A stretch of 64,000 nucleotides of DNA from Eledone cirrhosa (taxonomy: Eukaryota): assembly GCA_964016885.1 (NCBI GenBank), contig OZ024741.1, forward strand, positions 267,468,001 to 267,532,000. The letters are read 5' to 3'. Both the position numbers and the translations under genes were made by a program. Positions 43,589 to 55,100 of this stretch are shown here, piece by piece. Under the pieces are notes generated by a model that had not been told where the DNA came from, did not search any database, and saw nothing but the letters and a program-made list of their open reading frames with translations. Position 1 is the first letter of the stretch; each line of letters begins with the position of its first letter.

Positions 43589-44777
43589 CTAACAGTATAT
43601 CCCGGCGTTGCACGGGTAAGAACATTGGTAATAGCACCTTCAATGAGAAACGTTTATTTGTGAGTGCCTGTTAAAAACTCACGAAAATATACCGCCAGGA
43701 AACTTGTTTTATTTGGAGAAAATTAAGAAGTTGAAAGTACAGTTTAGCTGTCTACGTGCATTGTTCATAGAAATATTGTTGAGCCCCTACTTTTCATACT
43801 CCTTCTGTGACAGTTGTCCCCCGGTGTTTCCACTCTGTTTTGGCCTATTGGAGTAAATGTGAAAGAGAAAGTCACAGGTTAAGTTGGCAGAAGGTTCCAG
43901 TGCAATAGCAGTAAGGCGTAGGCTACTTACCTCAAAAGTTCATTCGCATTCTTTCCACTCAGTTACCCTTTGTCTCTATCCCTCTCGGTGCAGTCCCTTG
44001 TGAATTTCTCATGTAGGCCTGGTGTAGATTTTCACCCAATCCATCTGCCCGATGCACATGTCCGCTTTGTACGGCTTTTGGAGGAAGGAGTGAACAGTAG
44101 TATGTTGTTCGGTATTAAGCAGAGAATCCCGCGTGAACTAACAGCACGGGAGGAGACTGCTTACCTCAAATATTCATTCGCCATCATTCTTGTCAACGCT
44201 CCGTTTAGTTGGTATTTGTTGGTCTACAGTTAGATGAATGGCGCACAAAGAGTTAATGTTTATTGGCAAGAAGTGGTAACTGGGCTGGCTTGCCTCGCGT
44301 GTATTATATATTAAAATAATAGATTAAAGTTTAAGCAAAGAATCGCTGCTTTCACCCTTAATGGGATCTTCTGAAACTAAAAAAATCAATCTGTGAACGC
44401 AGAAGTAAATATAAAAAAAAACGTTGCAACCAAAGGAAAACAGGAAGACGATACTTTGGTTCCTGAAGACGTTCCTTGGCAATGAACGGAAAATAGCGAA
44501 CATAATACATCATCAATGTTTGTCATAATGTTGTAATGCAGACAGCCAGACATACAGACATACTATAAGGGTGCGACGGAGATCGATAACCGGCGCCTAA
44601 CGCCCCTTTAACAACAGAAAATTGAAAAATAAAAGCTGCAGTTAATATCTTTAGACCACAAGGAATATATAAATGCAAGTTTGAAGTCAATCGGAGTAGA
44701 AATGTGGATTTGTATAGACTTTTCAAAAATGAGGACACACACACAGACAACTACAGTTTTATATATATATGTATAGA
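43589..44777 (-). mobile_element. Non-autonomous Helitron-like element
   Basis: 5' TCTATACATATATATATAAAACTG..TGTCTGTGTG and 3' hairpin CCCGTGCAACGCCGGG..TTAG|T. Carries an inserted repeat at 44305-44515. Confidence 0.65.
44305..44515 (-). repeat. Copy of the CAGAAGA-hammerhead repeat family (fold at 44328-44378)
   Basis: Homologous to 1275-1480. Confidence 0.75.
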
Positions 44778-45675
44778 TAGATAATGACAGTATTAAAAAT
44801 AAATAATTAAAACATTTAAAAAAAAGATTTTACCAATATAATTGTAATCTATATCATAAAAAACATGTCTCTGCCAAATTTCATTAAATAATATATATAT
44901 TCATTATTTAGGAAGTTATAACGAAACAAAATGAAAAGGGGTGACACTAACATGTAGTTATGCCCATGTATAATGTTTTTTAAAAGTTGATAATATCCAT
45001 CCCGATAATTCAGACAAATCTTATTTTGGTCTTCTTTCATTTTAAGTAGACAGCAATTGCTATACTTAGTAAAATGAATAAAATGAAAATTATCTGATTG
45101 ATCTTTATATGTAAATTCCAAATTATTTATTAGTAAAATATTACAACATGCATTAGATATAACTTTATCTCTTTTCCACGTATCTGCATGAATTTAACTT
45201 ATTCAAAACTAGAATGGTTTATTTGTTAAAGAAAATGTTTAAAATTAAATAGTTTGATAAATATTAAAGAAAAATAAGAAGAATAATGATTGTAATTGAC
45301 CTAAATGAATGTAAAATGAAATGATTGATCAGATATGGTTGTCTACTTAAAACAAAAGAACGCTTGTTACCTATATAAAATTTCTCATCATCCAAGATTT
45401 CAGAAAATGCTGTATTGCTGTAGCACAAATTAAGGCAGTAGAACAAGGAAGGTGGTGAGTGAAGTTAGTGAGACAGGAACTATGTGGAAGCCTGGATTGT
45501 ACCTGTAATTCAAGGGTCTTGTCTGCTTAAGCCAGTGATTCCTAAACTTTATTTTTTGTTTTACCCTCAATACACTTTAGAACGAATAAGAATATTTTAG
45601 TGCACATCCTGCCTAAATTTGAAAATTTCTTCAAAGGATTTATTTATACATTGTATAAAGTAGATATATAGATAA

Positions 45676-48218
45676 CTAGCAGCTGAGGCCGGTTGCACCC
45701 GGGGCCACTTTTTATTAAGTTAATAATTTGAAAAATATTATTGAAAGTTTATTATAAAGAAGCAGTATCAGGGAAAAAAAATAGAAATATGCACTTGGGG
45801 GTGGATGGCGTACAATAAGAAGTGGTTGAGAGACATTGAGCGGCGACGGAAGAGGAATGGCGGAAGCTTCAAAGGTGTTGTTGCAGTGCTTCTTTGTAGA
45901 CAACGTTCCTGGTATTACCCGGATTACCACAAATGTAGAGATTGTGTGGACTGCTGATGCGTGAGCACCCGACGTATAGTTGACCGTGGGTAAATACCTG
46001 TGTCGTTGTTTCGAGAAGTACTGGCAACAGCAGTGTCGTCAGTGCTTGTTCTTCTATTTCTGCCATCCCTTACACCGAAAGATGTCATAGCGAAGCAAGC
46101 ATTGTACCTCCAAATGTTGTTGCGAAAGTGCACTCCGTGGGTAGAGTTATCGATGAGAAGATATTGGAGAAAATGAGGAGGATCAGCCAACGCCGGAAGT
46201 CGAACCTTGCCCCCGGAACAGCAAAGACCTGGAGCCTCACCTACCCACTTCTAAGCCTCACAGAACTGACATACCTTATCCATTTTTCCAAGAGTCATAT
46301 CCGTGCGATTGGCGTAGTCATAAGCAGGATTGTAGTTGAAGCCAGCTTTTGACCAAAAGGTGTCTCTTATAGCAGCAGCATGTTCCTGATGTCTACGCCA
46401 TCTCGATGCCAGCCTGTCTTCCCTTGCCTCCGCAGTCTCGTTGAGAAGTGATTGTTGCCGTCGAGTGCACAGGTCCTGTAAACGGGCCTCCCTGGCCTCT
46501 GCAGTCTCGTTGAGAAGTAATTGTTGACGTCGAGTGCACAGGTCCTGTAAACGGGCCTCCCTGGCCTCTGCAGTCTCGTTGAGAAGTGATTGTTGCCGTC
46601 GAGTGCACAGGTCCTGTAAACGGGCCTCCCTGGCCTCTGCAGTCTCGTTGAGAAGTAATTGTTGACGTCGAGTGCACAGGTCCTGTAAACGGGCCTCCCT
46701 GGCCTCTGCAGTCTCGTTGAGAAGTAATTGTTGACGTCGAGTGCGGCGATCAGCAAGGTGGGCCTCCCTTAACTCTGAAGTTTCTGCCAAACGTGAGCGT
46801 TGTGGTTGAATGTGCTGAGAAGAAAGACGGGACTCCCTTGCCTCTGAAGTCTCCTCCAGAATTGTGCTTTGGTACTGATGGAGCTGCTCATAAGGAGAGG
46901 TTGCCTAAATGGGTAAAAAAAAAATAACCGACATGGATGTGATCTATTAGCTGTGTGTGGGCATCTTATTCAACATTGGAAAAACAATATTAAAAGAAGA
47001 CATGAAGGCGAATTAGCCATCAAAGTAATTATAAAAGGATAATAGCATTAACTGTAAATGTAGAAAGTTTATTAACTGCGAAATAGCAATGTCGATGATA
47101 TGCAAGTTTAAAAATGCAGATTATGAAGGTTTGTATGATAGTTTACACTTTGATTTTCCTGGTCAGCAAGAGGGGCCTCTATATATTAGACGTTTATTAG
47201 AAGAGGGAGAAATAACTAACCCTAGTATTAGAACAGGGGGTTTGCAATGTAAGGGTTTTATTTCTTTTGTTAGAAAACAGCGACCTTTTTCGGTTTGGCA
47301 TTTTGTAAAATTCTACTGCAGAATCGATTTCATAAAATGGTACTGTATGATCGTTATAGAAGTATTTAAATTTAATATAGAACAACTGTAATTGAAAAAT
47401 GAAAATGAAACGTACTGTAGAAGGCAACAGTTTATTAACAGCGAAATAACGTTGTCTTTGATATGTTATTTTAAATAAGACAATGAATATTAAAAAAAAA
47501 ACTGAATTAATTAACTCGGCAACCTAAGGGCTTATATCCCATTCATTAAGTTTACAATGAATATTTTAAAAAAAACTGAATTAATTAACTCAGCAACCAA
47601 AGGGCTTATAGATCCCATTCATTAAGTTTACATGCATGTATTCTTTAAACTTTTCATTTGACTTTGAAAAATACTACTTACTGTTAGTGGTGGTTAACAT
47701 GTATTAGAATTAAAATTAAAATAATATCGGAAAAAACGTACCTGAGAACACGCCTCCCTTCTTTGCAATTTAAGGGTTTTATTTCTTTTGATGGAAAACA
47801 GTGACCGTTTTCGGTTTGGCATTTCGTAAAATGGTACTGCAGAATTGATTTCATAAAACGGTACTGTATGTTAACAGTGAAAGAACGTTGTGTTTGATAT
47901 GTTATGAAAAAATTGATGAGTTTAAAAATTTGTATGAAATTGTAAATAAGACAATTAATATTGAAAGCGACTATGGAAAATAACTCATCCAAGTATTAGA
48001 ACAGGGAAATAACTCACCGAAAGCGATAGTAAATAGATCATTTTGGGGCCCTAGGGACCACATTTTTCAAGTTAGAGATTTGAAACCTCGTCTATTTGCT
48101 TCCTTGGCACTTTTTACATAGGTGTGTAAATTTTCATGTCCATCCAACCATGTCTACTACCATTTAACCGTGCACAACTGAATTTCAACCACCACCCATT
48201 TCACAAATATATATTAGA
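45676..48218 (-). mobile_element. Internally deleted Helitron
   Basis: A|TCTAATATATAT 5' end. 3' hairpin GGCCCCGGGTGCAACCGGCC followed by CTAG|T. Contains a RepHel N-terminal remnant. Confidence 0.85.
45920..46904 (-). pseudogene. Helitron RepHel N-terminus: 23-aa STPR-like repeats plus Zn finger
   Basis: (ETAEAREARLQDLCTRRQQLLLN)n; LGKMDKVCQFCEA*KWVGEAPGLCCSGGKVRLP..PP..HFRNNIWRYNACFAMTSFG. Splice-acceptor-like ttttacccatttag at 46905. Confidence 0.85.
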
Positions 48219-48740
48219 TTAAAAATAGAGAAAAAGTATTTGTCCTTCCTTCTTTAGTCAATAAATGGAGAAACGTTATCAATGAGAAACATTCACTTGG
48301 TGATTTTTGGCAATGTTTTCATTTACAGTTTAGTTGTTTCTCACTTTGATAGTTATATATAAACTTTATTAGGAATTTCAATTGATATTTTTCACATTTT
48401 GAAATAAAATCATGCTCATTTGCAGTGCACAGCTTGCGAATCAATGACATAAGGTTTGCGTATGTATGTTCAAATGTCTGTGGAATACTCAGCCACCTAC
48501 ACACTATAATATGCCCGACTGTTAAATTGCGTTGTTTAAATAAAATACAATTAGTGATATGGACACAAAAAGACATTATACAAGGGAGATAATTAGAATC
48601 TCTTGTCAAAGTTATAGGAATGATCTCTCTTGAAAATTCATTTTTTTCCTAATTTTTCCATATCTTTACATTAATCCATTGACCCTTATATATATATACT
48701 GATTACATCAATAAATTTTATACATTTTATTTTAAACAAG

Positions 48741-48858
48741 TTTGATAAAAGCAGAGGATAAGTATGCAAGCCGAGAATCTCGCCCTGAAGATCTTGAAGA
48801 AATATATAAATTGCGAGATGAAATTCAAAATAAAGAGATACAGCTGAAGAAGATTAAG
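48741..48858 (+). CDS. FAM184A: FAM184-like internal exon
   Basis: aag|T-LIKAEDKYASRESRPEDLEEIYKLRDEIQNKEIQLKKIK|gtaac. The EDKY..RESRPEDL motif resembles the FAM184A/B C-terminal region (from memory). Phase 2 fits the previous exon. Confidence 0.85.
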
Positions 48859-49056
48859 GTAACATTCTGTTTTTGTTTATTTTACTTTTTTCTCTTTTTT
48901 TCTTTTCATTAGCCATTTTGTTACCATAACTCTATTACGAGGCATTGCCTATGATTTTCAAATAATTTTGTAAATAATCAAGAATTTATAGGCTCTAGAA
49001 ATGTAACTAACTTTCTCATTATTACACTATTGTTTGTATATGTGTATATATATGTA

Positions 49057-49869
49057 TTTATATAAACATACATAAATGGCAATTTCTGTCTGTTTGTTTG
49101 TGAACCTAAAACTCAAAAACTACCAAACCGATCATGATGAAACTTGACACGTGTGTGGGGCTCATGCCCATTTGATTTCTTACGTATATTTCATTTTAAT
49201 CAAAGGATTCCCCGGGGGCACAAACTCCTGCTGAAAATGTTTTCCCTTCGATTTATATGAAATTTAAACCATATGTAAATTACAAGATATGATGCCTATT
49301 CACAAAATTTCAGCAAATTTCAATAATAATAAGACACCCTAATGGGGGTTAAACCCCCTATAGTGAAAATTTTGGCCAATAAACGGAACAAGATTTCACG
49401 AACTCCGCCTATGTTTTTGGAGATAGACCCCCATAACCATATATAATCTGAAACTACATTGCCCAGGGTACTTGGATAAGTATATTTCATTTTAATCAAA
49501 GGGTTCCCCGGGGGCACAAAACCCAAGCTGAAAACCCCTGCTGAAAATTTTTTCCCTTCGATTTATATGAAATTTAAACCATAGGTAAATGACAAGATAT
49601 GATGCCTATTCACAAAAGTTTTGAATTGATATTTTGAAAAAAATTATTTACAAGAAACAAAATAAGAATAAGATTTAATAATGTAATTTTGATTTGATAT
49701 ATTACAAAAAATAATGTTTTCCAATTTTTCATGAATTACATTTTACATTGAGTAATATTGAAATGCAGAGTTTTTCTCCATAAATTATATCACTGATTTA
49801 AAATCAATCATCATTTTCTAACAAAAAAAAAATGTGTGAAACACAGCAAGGCGCGGGTAATTCGGCTAG
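49057..49869 (+). mobile_element. Non-autonomous Helitron-like element
   Basis: 5' TATATAAA..TCTGTCTGTTTGTTTG..ACCGATCATGATGAAACTTG, internal about 130-bp duplication, 3' GCAAGGCGCGGGTAATTCGGCTAG|T. The 5' end is approximate. Confidence 0.6.
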
Positions 49870-49903
49870 TATTTATATATATATGCATATATATATATAT
49901 ATA

Positions 49904-50489
49904 TCATCATCGTTTAACGTCCATCTTCCACGCTAGCATGGGTTTGGACGGGGGTTTTCCCACTTGAGGCAAGAGTGATTGTCTTGCTCGCATAGGACTG
50001 TCTGGCGGGTTTTCTACAGCTGGATGCCCTTCCGAACACCAACCACATTTAAAGTGTGGGGCTGGGAGGTTTTTACCGTGTTGCCTACACGGCCACATTA
50101 CAGTGTGGACTGTCTGGCGGGTTTTCTACAGCTGGATGCCCTTCCTAACACCAACCACATTTACAGTGTGGGGCTGGCAGGTTTTTACCGTGTTGCCTAC
50201 ACGGCCACATTACAGCGTGGACTGTGTGTTTTTTTTGTCGTGACACCTACACGATCTCATTTGTTTCGGCCTGGATGTTGTGGCACCAACATAACTTTAC
50301 ATTGGATGGGGTGGTGGTGGTGGGACGGGGGTGTATTTTGTTAGAGATGCCTACTGACTGTAGTAGGTTTTACTTTGTATTTAGGTAAGGCGGGTCTTCT
50401 CTATTACTGAGTACCGCCAAAGGTCTCGGTCCAGTGACATTGTCTTGGAGAGGTGTAAGCGTGTGAGGTCGGAATTTATCAGCTCGTCT
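49904..50489 (-). mobile_element. Short 5'-truncated RTE family A copy
   Basis: Last codons plus a 3'UTR carrying the 112-bp duplication; TA flanks. Confidence 0.92.
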
Positions 50490-50511
50490 AGTATATATAT
50501 ATATATATATA

Positions 50512-50572
<61 letters not shown>

Positions 50573-50574
<2 letters not shown>

Positions 50575-51741
50575 TCAGTGTGTAGGAAAGGCGTAGGTAG
50601 AAACTCCATTTTGTGTCAGAAATGCAAAGTATGGGTGCATAAAAGATGTAGTGGGATCACAGGTAAGCTAACTAAGAACATAGATTTCACATGTGGCCGG
50701 TGCTCTGGTGCAATAAGTAGCAGCAAGTGCCCACAAAATACTAGCTCTTTCAACTGCACAGAGGGCTCTATAGAAATAGTGGACAGCTTTCGTTACCTGG
50801 GTGACGAAATCAGCAGTGGGGGAGGGTGCTCTGAAAGTACAGTAGCTAGAGTCAGAACTGGATGGAAAAAGTTCAGAGAGCTTATACCACTATTAGCCGC
50901 TAAAGGGTTCTCCCTAAAAACGAAAGGCAGGCTGTATGATGCCTGCATACGAACAGCAATGTTGCATGGCAGTGAGACCTGGGCATTGTGTGCAGAGGAT
51001 ATACGCAGACTAGTGAGGAACGAAGCTTGCATGCTCCGCTGGATGTGTAATAGTAATATACGTGAACGGCAAAGCATAAACGAACTAAAGAAAAAATTAG
51101 AAATAAGAGGGATCAGATGTTGTTTACTCGAGAGAAGGCTACGTTGGTATGGACACGTGATGCGCATGAAAGTCGATAGCTGTATAACAAAGTGCAGGGC
51201 AATAAAGATAGACGGTAGCCACGGAATAGGCAGACCTAGAAAAACCTGGGACGAGCTGATAAACTCCGACCTCACACACTTACACCTCTCCAAGACAATG
51301 TCACTGGACCGAGACCTTTGGCGGTACTCAGTAATAGAGAAGACCCGCCTTACCTAAATACATAGTAAAACCTACTACAGTCAGTAGGCATCCCTAACAA
51401 AATACACCCCCGTCCTACCACCCCCACCCCATCCACACCGCCCCCTTCTATGTAAAGTTATGTTGGTGCCACACCATCCAGGTCGAAACAAATGAGATCG
51501 TGTAGGTGTCACGACAAAAAAACACACAGTCCACGCTGTAATGTCGCCGTGTAGGCAACACGGTAAAAACCTCCCAGACCCACACTGTAAATGTGGTGTT
51601 AGGAAGGGCATCCAACTGTAGAAAACCTGCCAGACAGTCCTATGCGAGCAAGACAATCACTCTTGCCTCAAGTGGGAAAACCCCCGTCCACACCCATGCA
51701 AGCGTGGAACACGGACGTTAAACGTTGATGATGATGATGAT
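50573..51741 (+). mobile_element. 5'-truncated RTE family A copy
   Basis: ORF 50578-51357, 3'UTR and (GAT)n; TA flanks. Confidence 0.95.
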
Positions 51742-51752
51742 ATATAAGTATA

Positions 51753-51790
<38 letters not shown>

Positions 51791-51839
51791 TATATATATA
51801 TGTATATATATGTATGTATGTATTTATATACATATATTT

Positions 51840-54690
51840 TTGGCAAATGTTTTTGGAAAGTGTAACAACAATGGTATGCTCCTGCTACAGATGTGTGAGG
51901 AGCTGGATCTGTGTGTTACCAACACCATATTCCAACAAAAGAATAAATTTAAGACCACATGGATGCATCCTGCAACTAAGGAATGCCATCTTTTGGACTA
52001 CGTCCTAGTCAGGATGCGTGACAGACAGGATGTGCAGTGTGTTCGTGCTCTTTGTGGTGCTGAGTGCTGAGCAGACCACCGCCTGGTACGCGCAAAAGTG
52101 AAACTAATCACTAAACGTAAAATCCGGGCTCCTGGTGTTTCCCTGCCCAGAAGATTGAATGCTGCTCATCTTAGGGATAAAAATGTGAAGAGGACATTGC
52201 AAGAAGAGATGCAGGTTGCAGATCTTGGAGAGGATTGGCCGACCCTTAAAAAGTCAGTTTATGATGTAGGCAGGCGTGTTCTGGGATTGGTGCAGAGAAA
52301 ACATCAAGACTGGTTTAATGAGAATGATGAACATATAGAAGACTTGTTGGCTGATAAGAGGCGTGCTCTGTCACACTACTTGACGGCAAAACCGCAGGAG
52401 AAGAATATGTTGCATAAGGAACTCAAGGATGTGAAATCACGTGTTAGGCGAAGTCTTTCTCAGATGAAGGATCAGTGGTGGAGTGAGAAGGCTGATGAGA
52501 TACAAACTGCGTCAGTTTCCAATAACACAAAGCTGTTGTACAGTCTCTTGCGTGAAGTTTATGGACCGTCTTCTTCTCTGGTGACACCGCTTCGCAGCAA
52601 GGATGGCAAAGAACTTCTTCGTGACTCACAAGGAATTCTACAAAGGTGGCGAGAGCACTTTCATGAGCTTTTGAATCAGCCGTCTGTCGTCAATGAAGAT
52701 TTCCTCAATCTCATTCCAGAAAGTCCTCTGAAAATAGCTCTCGCAGAACCTCCGACGCTTGTGGAGGTTGCAGTGGCTATCTCGAAGTTGAACAGTGGAA
52801 GGTCTCCAGGTATGGATGGCATACATGCAGAGCTCCTACAATATGGTGGTGAGAGACTCCTGCAACATCTTCACTCTTTGTTTGGCAGGATATAGGCTAA
52901 TGAATCCATACCTGAGGACTGGAGAGATGCAGTAATGGTCGTCTTGTACAAGGGAAAATGGTAACAGGAATGATTGTGGGAACTACAGAGGTATATCATT
53001 GCTTTCTGTCGTAGGGAAAGTTTTATGTAGGGTGCTTCTGGACCGTCTGCTGACACACATTGCAGATTATGTTCTCCCTGAAAGTCAATCTGGTTTTCGT
53101 GCTGGACGAGGCACTACTGATATGATCTTCTCAGCTAGACAGCTCCAGGAGAAGTGCATGGAACAAGGCTTGGATCTGTATCAGGTTTTTGTCGATCTGA
53201 CAAAAGCTTTCGATACTGTTAACAGAAATGCATTATGGAAGGTTCTCCAGAAACTTGGTTGCCCTGATAAGTTCCTTGCTTTAGTTAGGTCTTTCCATGA
53301 CGACATGAAGGCTTGGGTTAATGTCGGAGGTAACATGTCGGAGCCTATCTCAGTAAAAAATGTAGTGAAACAGGGGGATATTCCAGCACCGACCCTGTTT
53401 GCAATGGTTTTCTATATTGCATTCAGGAATTGCGAGCATGGTGTTTACATCTGATATCGAACCTCAGGCAGCATATTTAACATCAAGCGCTTGCTGCAAA
53501 AACAAAAGTATTTACATCAGTCATAAGAGACCTCTTGTATGCAGATGATTGCGATCTTGTAGCGCACACAGAGAGTGATATGCAGCACATTTTGAATGCA
53601 TTTTCTGATGCTTGCTCTGTCCTAGGATTGACTGCCAGTCTCAAGAAAACTGTTGTCATGTACCAACCTGCCCCTGGTAAGCAGTACAGTGAACCAAATA
53701 TCTATGTGTATGGTAAACGACTTGGAGAGGTTGATCAGTTTGTCTACCTGGGAAGCAGTGTCAATCGATACAGCAACCTTGATAATGAAATCCCACTCAG
53801 GATTAGGAAAGCAAGTGATGCTTTCGGAAAGCTAGAAAGGCGACTCTGGGATTGACGAGACATTTGCAAGAAGACAAAGGTAAAGGTGTACAAGGCATGT
53901 GTGCTCTCTTCTCTTCTTTCTGCCAGCGAGACCTGGGTCACATATCAACACCACCTTAAGCAATTGGAGCGTTTCCATCAGATGTGTCTCAGACGGATCC
54001 ATGGCATTCACTGGAGGGACCACATCAGTGATGTCGAGATTTTGGAAAGCTCTATGTGTGACAGTATAGAAGCTCTTGTGCTTAAGCAAGGATTCTAGAA
54101 TACCAAAACAACTTTTATGGAGAGTTAGTTAAAGGAAAACGACTGCCACATAAACCAAATAAGAGGTATATGGATTACTTGAAGGCCTCTTTGAAAGACG
54201 CTAACATCTCTGCTGATACATGGGAAAATGTTGCTGCTGATCGTAATAAATGGAGAAAGACTCTATATGAGGGAAAAATTGCCTTTGAGGCATCTCGAAT
54301 TGCATACAAGAAAGTAAAGCGGGATGTGAGGAAGGGCATTGCTGTTGCACTTCCAGACGGCGAAGGTCCTCCTATGGTGCTGACATTCAGCGTCTGTGCG
54401 AGACTCTGCCTAAGCAAAGCTGGACTTGAAAGTCATCTTTGCAGTCATAAAGTAAGACCAGTAGTTGACGACCAGGCTGCTGTTGGAAATGCTACTCATC
54501 ATGCTTGCCAGGCATGTGGTAGAGAATGTAAATCAGCAGGAGGGTTCAAACGACATGCAAAAGTACATGAACTCCAACCACAGCCGGCTATTCCCAGTGA
54601 ATGTTTTGGTTGCTAACTCTGTGCAAGACATTTTAGATCATTGGCTGGGCTAAAAAACCACATTTGTTAGCAGCGCTGTTAATTGCTATC
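51840..54690 (+). pseudogene. Degenerate RTE (BovB-like) LINE with C-terminal C2H2 fingers
   Basis: TTWMHP..HLLDYVL, HQDWFNEND, LPESQSGFRAGRGTTDMIF, FVDLTKAFD, LYADD, FVYLGS, and CxxC..H..H repeats. Many stops. Confidence 0.9.
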
Positions 54691-54900
54691 GTGTGTGTGT
54701 GTGTATAGATATGTTTATGTGTGTGCGTGTATGTGTATATATATATGTATATTATTATTGTTGTTGTTGTCGTTATTATTATTGTTATTATTATTATTAT
54801 TGATATTATTATTTTTTTGTTTTTTCTCGTGCAATGGACATACTCGATAATGAGGGGGCAGCCATCATATGTATGTATATATACATATATGTATGTATAC

Positions 54901-54932
<32 letters not shown>

Positions 54933-55100
54933 GTATGTATGTATATATGTATGCATGTATATATGTATGCATGTATATATGTATGTATATATATATATGT
55001 ATGTATATATATGCATGTAAATATATATATATATGTGTATGTATATATATATATATATGTATGTTTATATATATATATATATATATGTATGTTTCTATAT

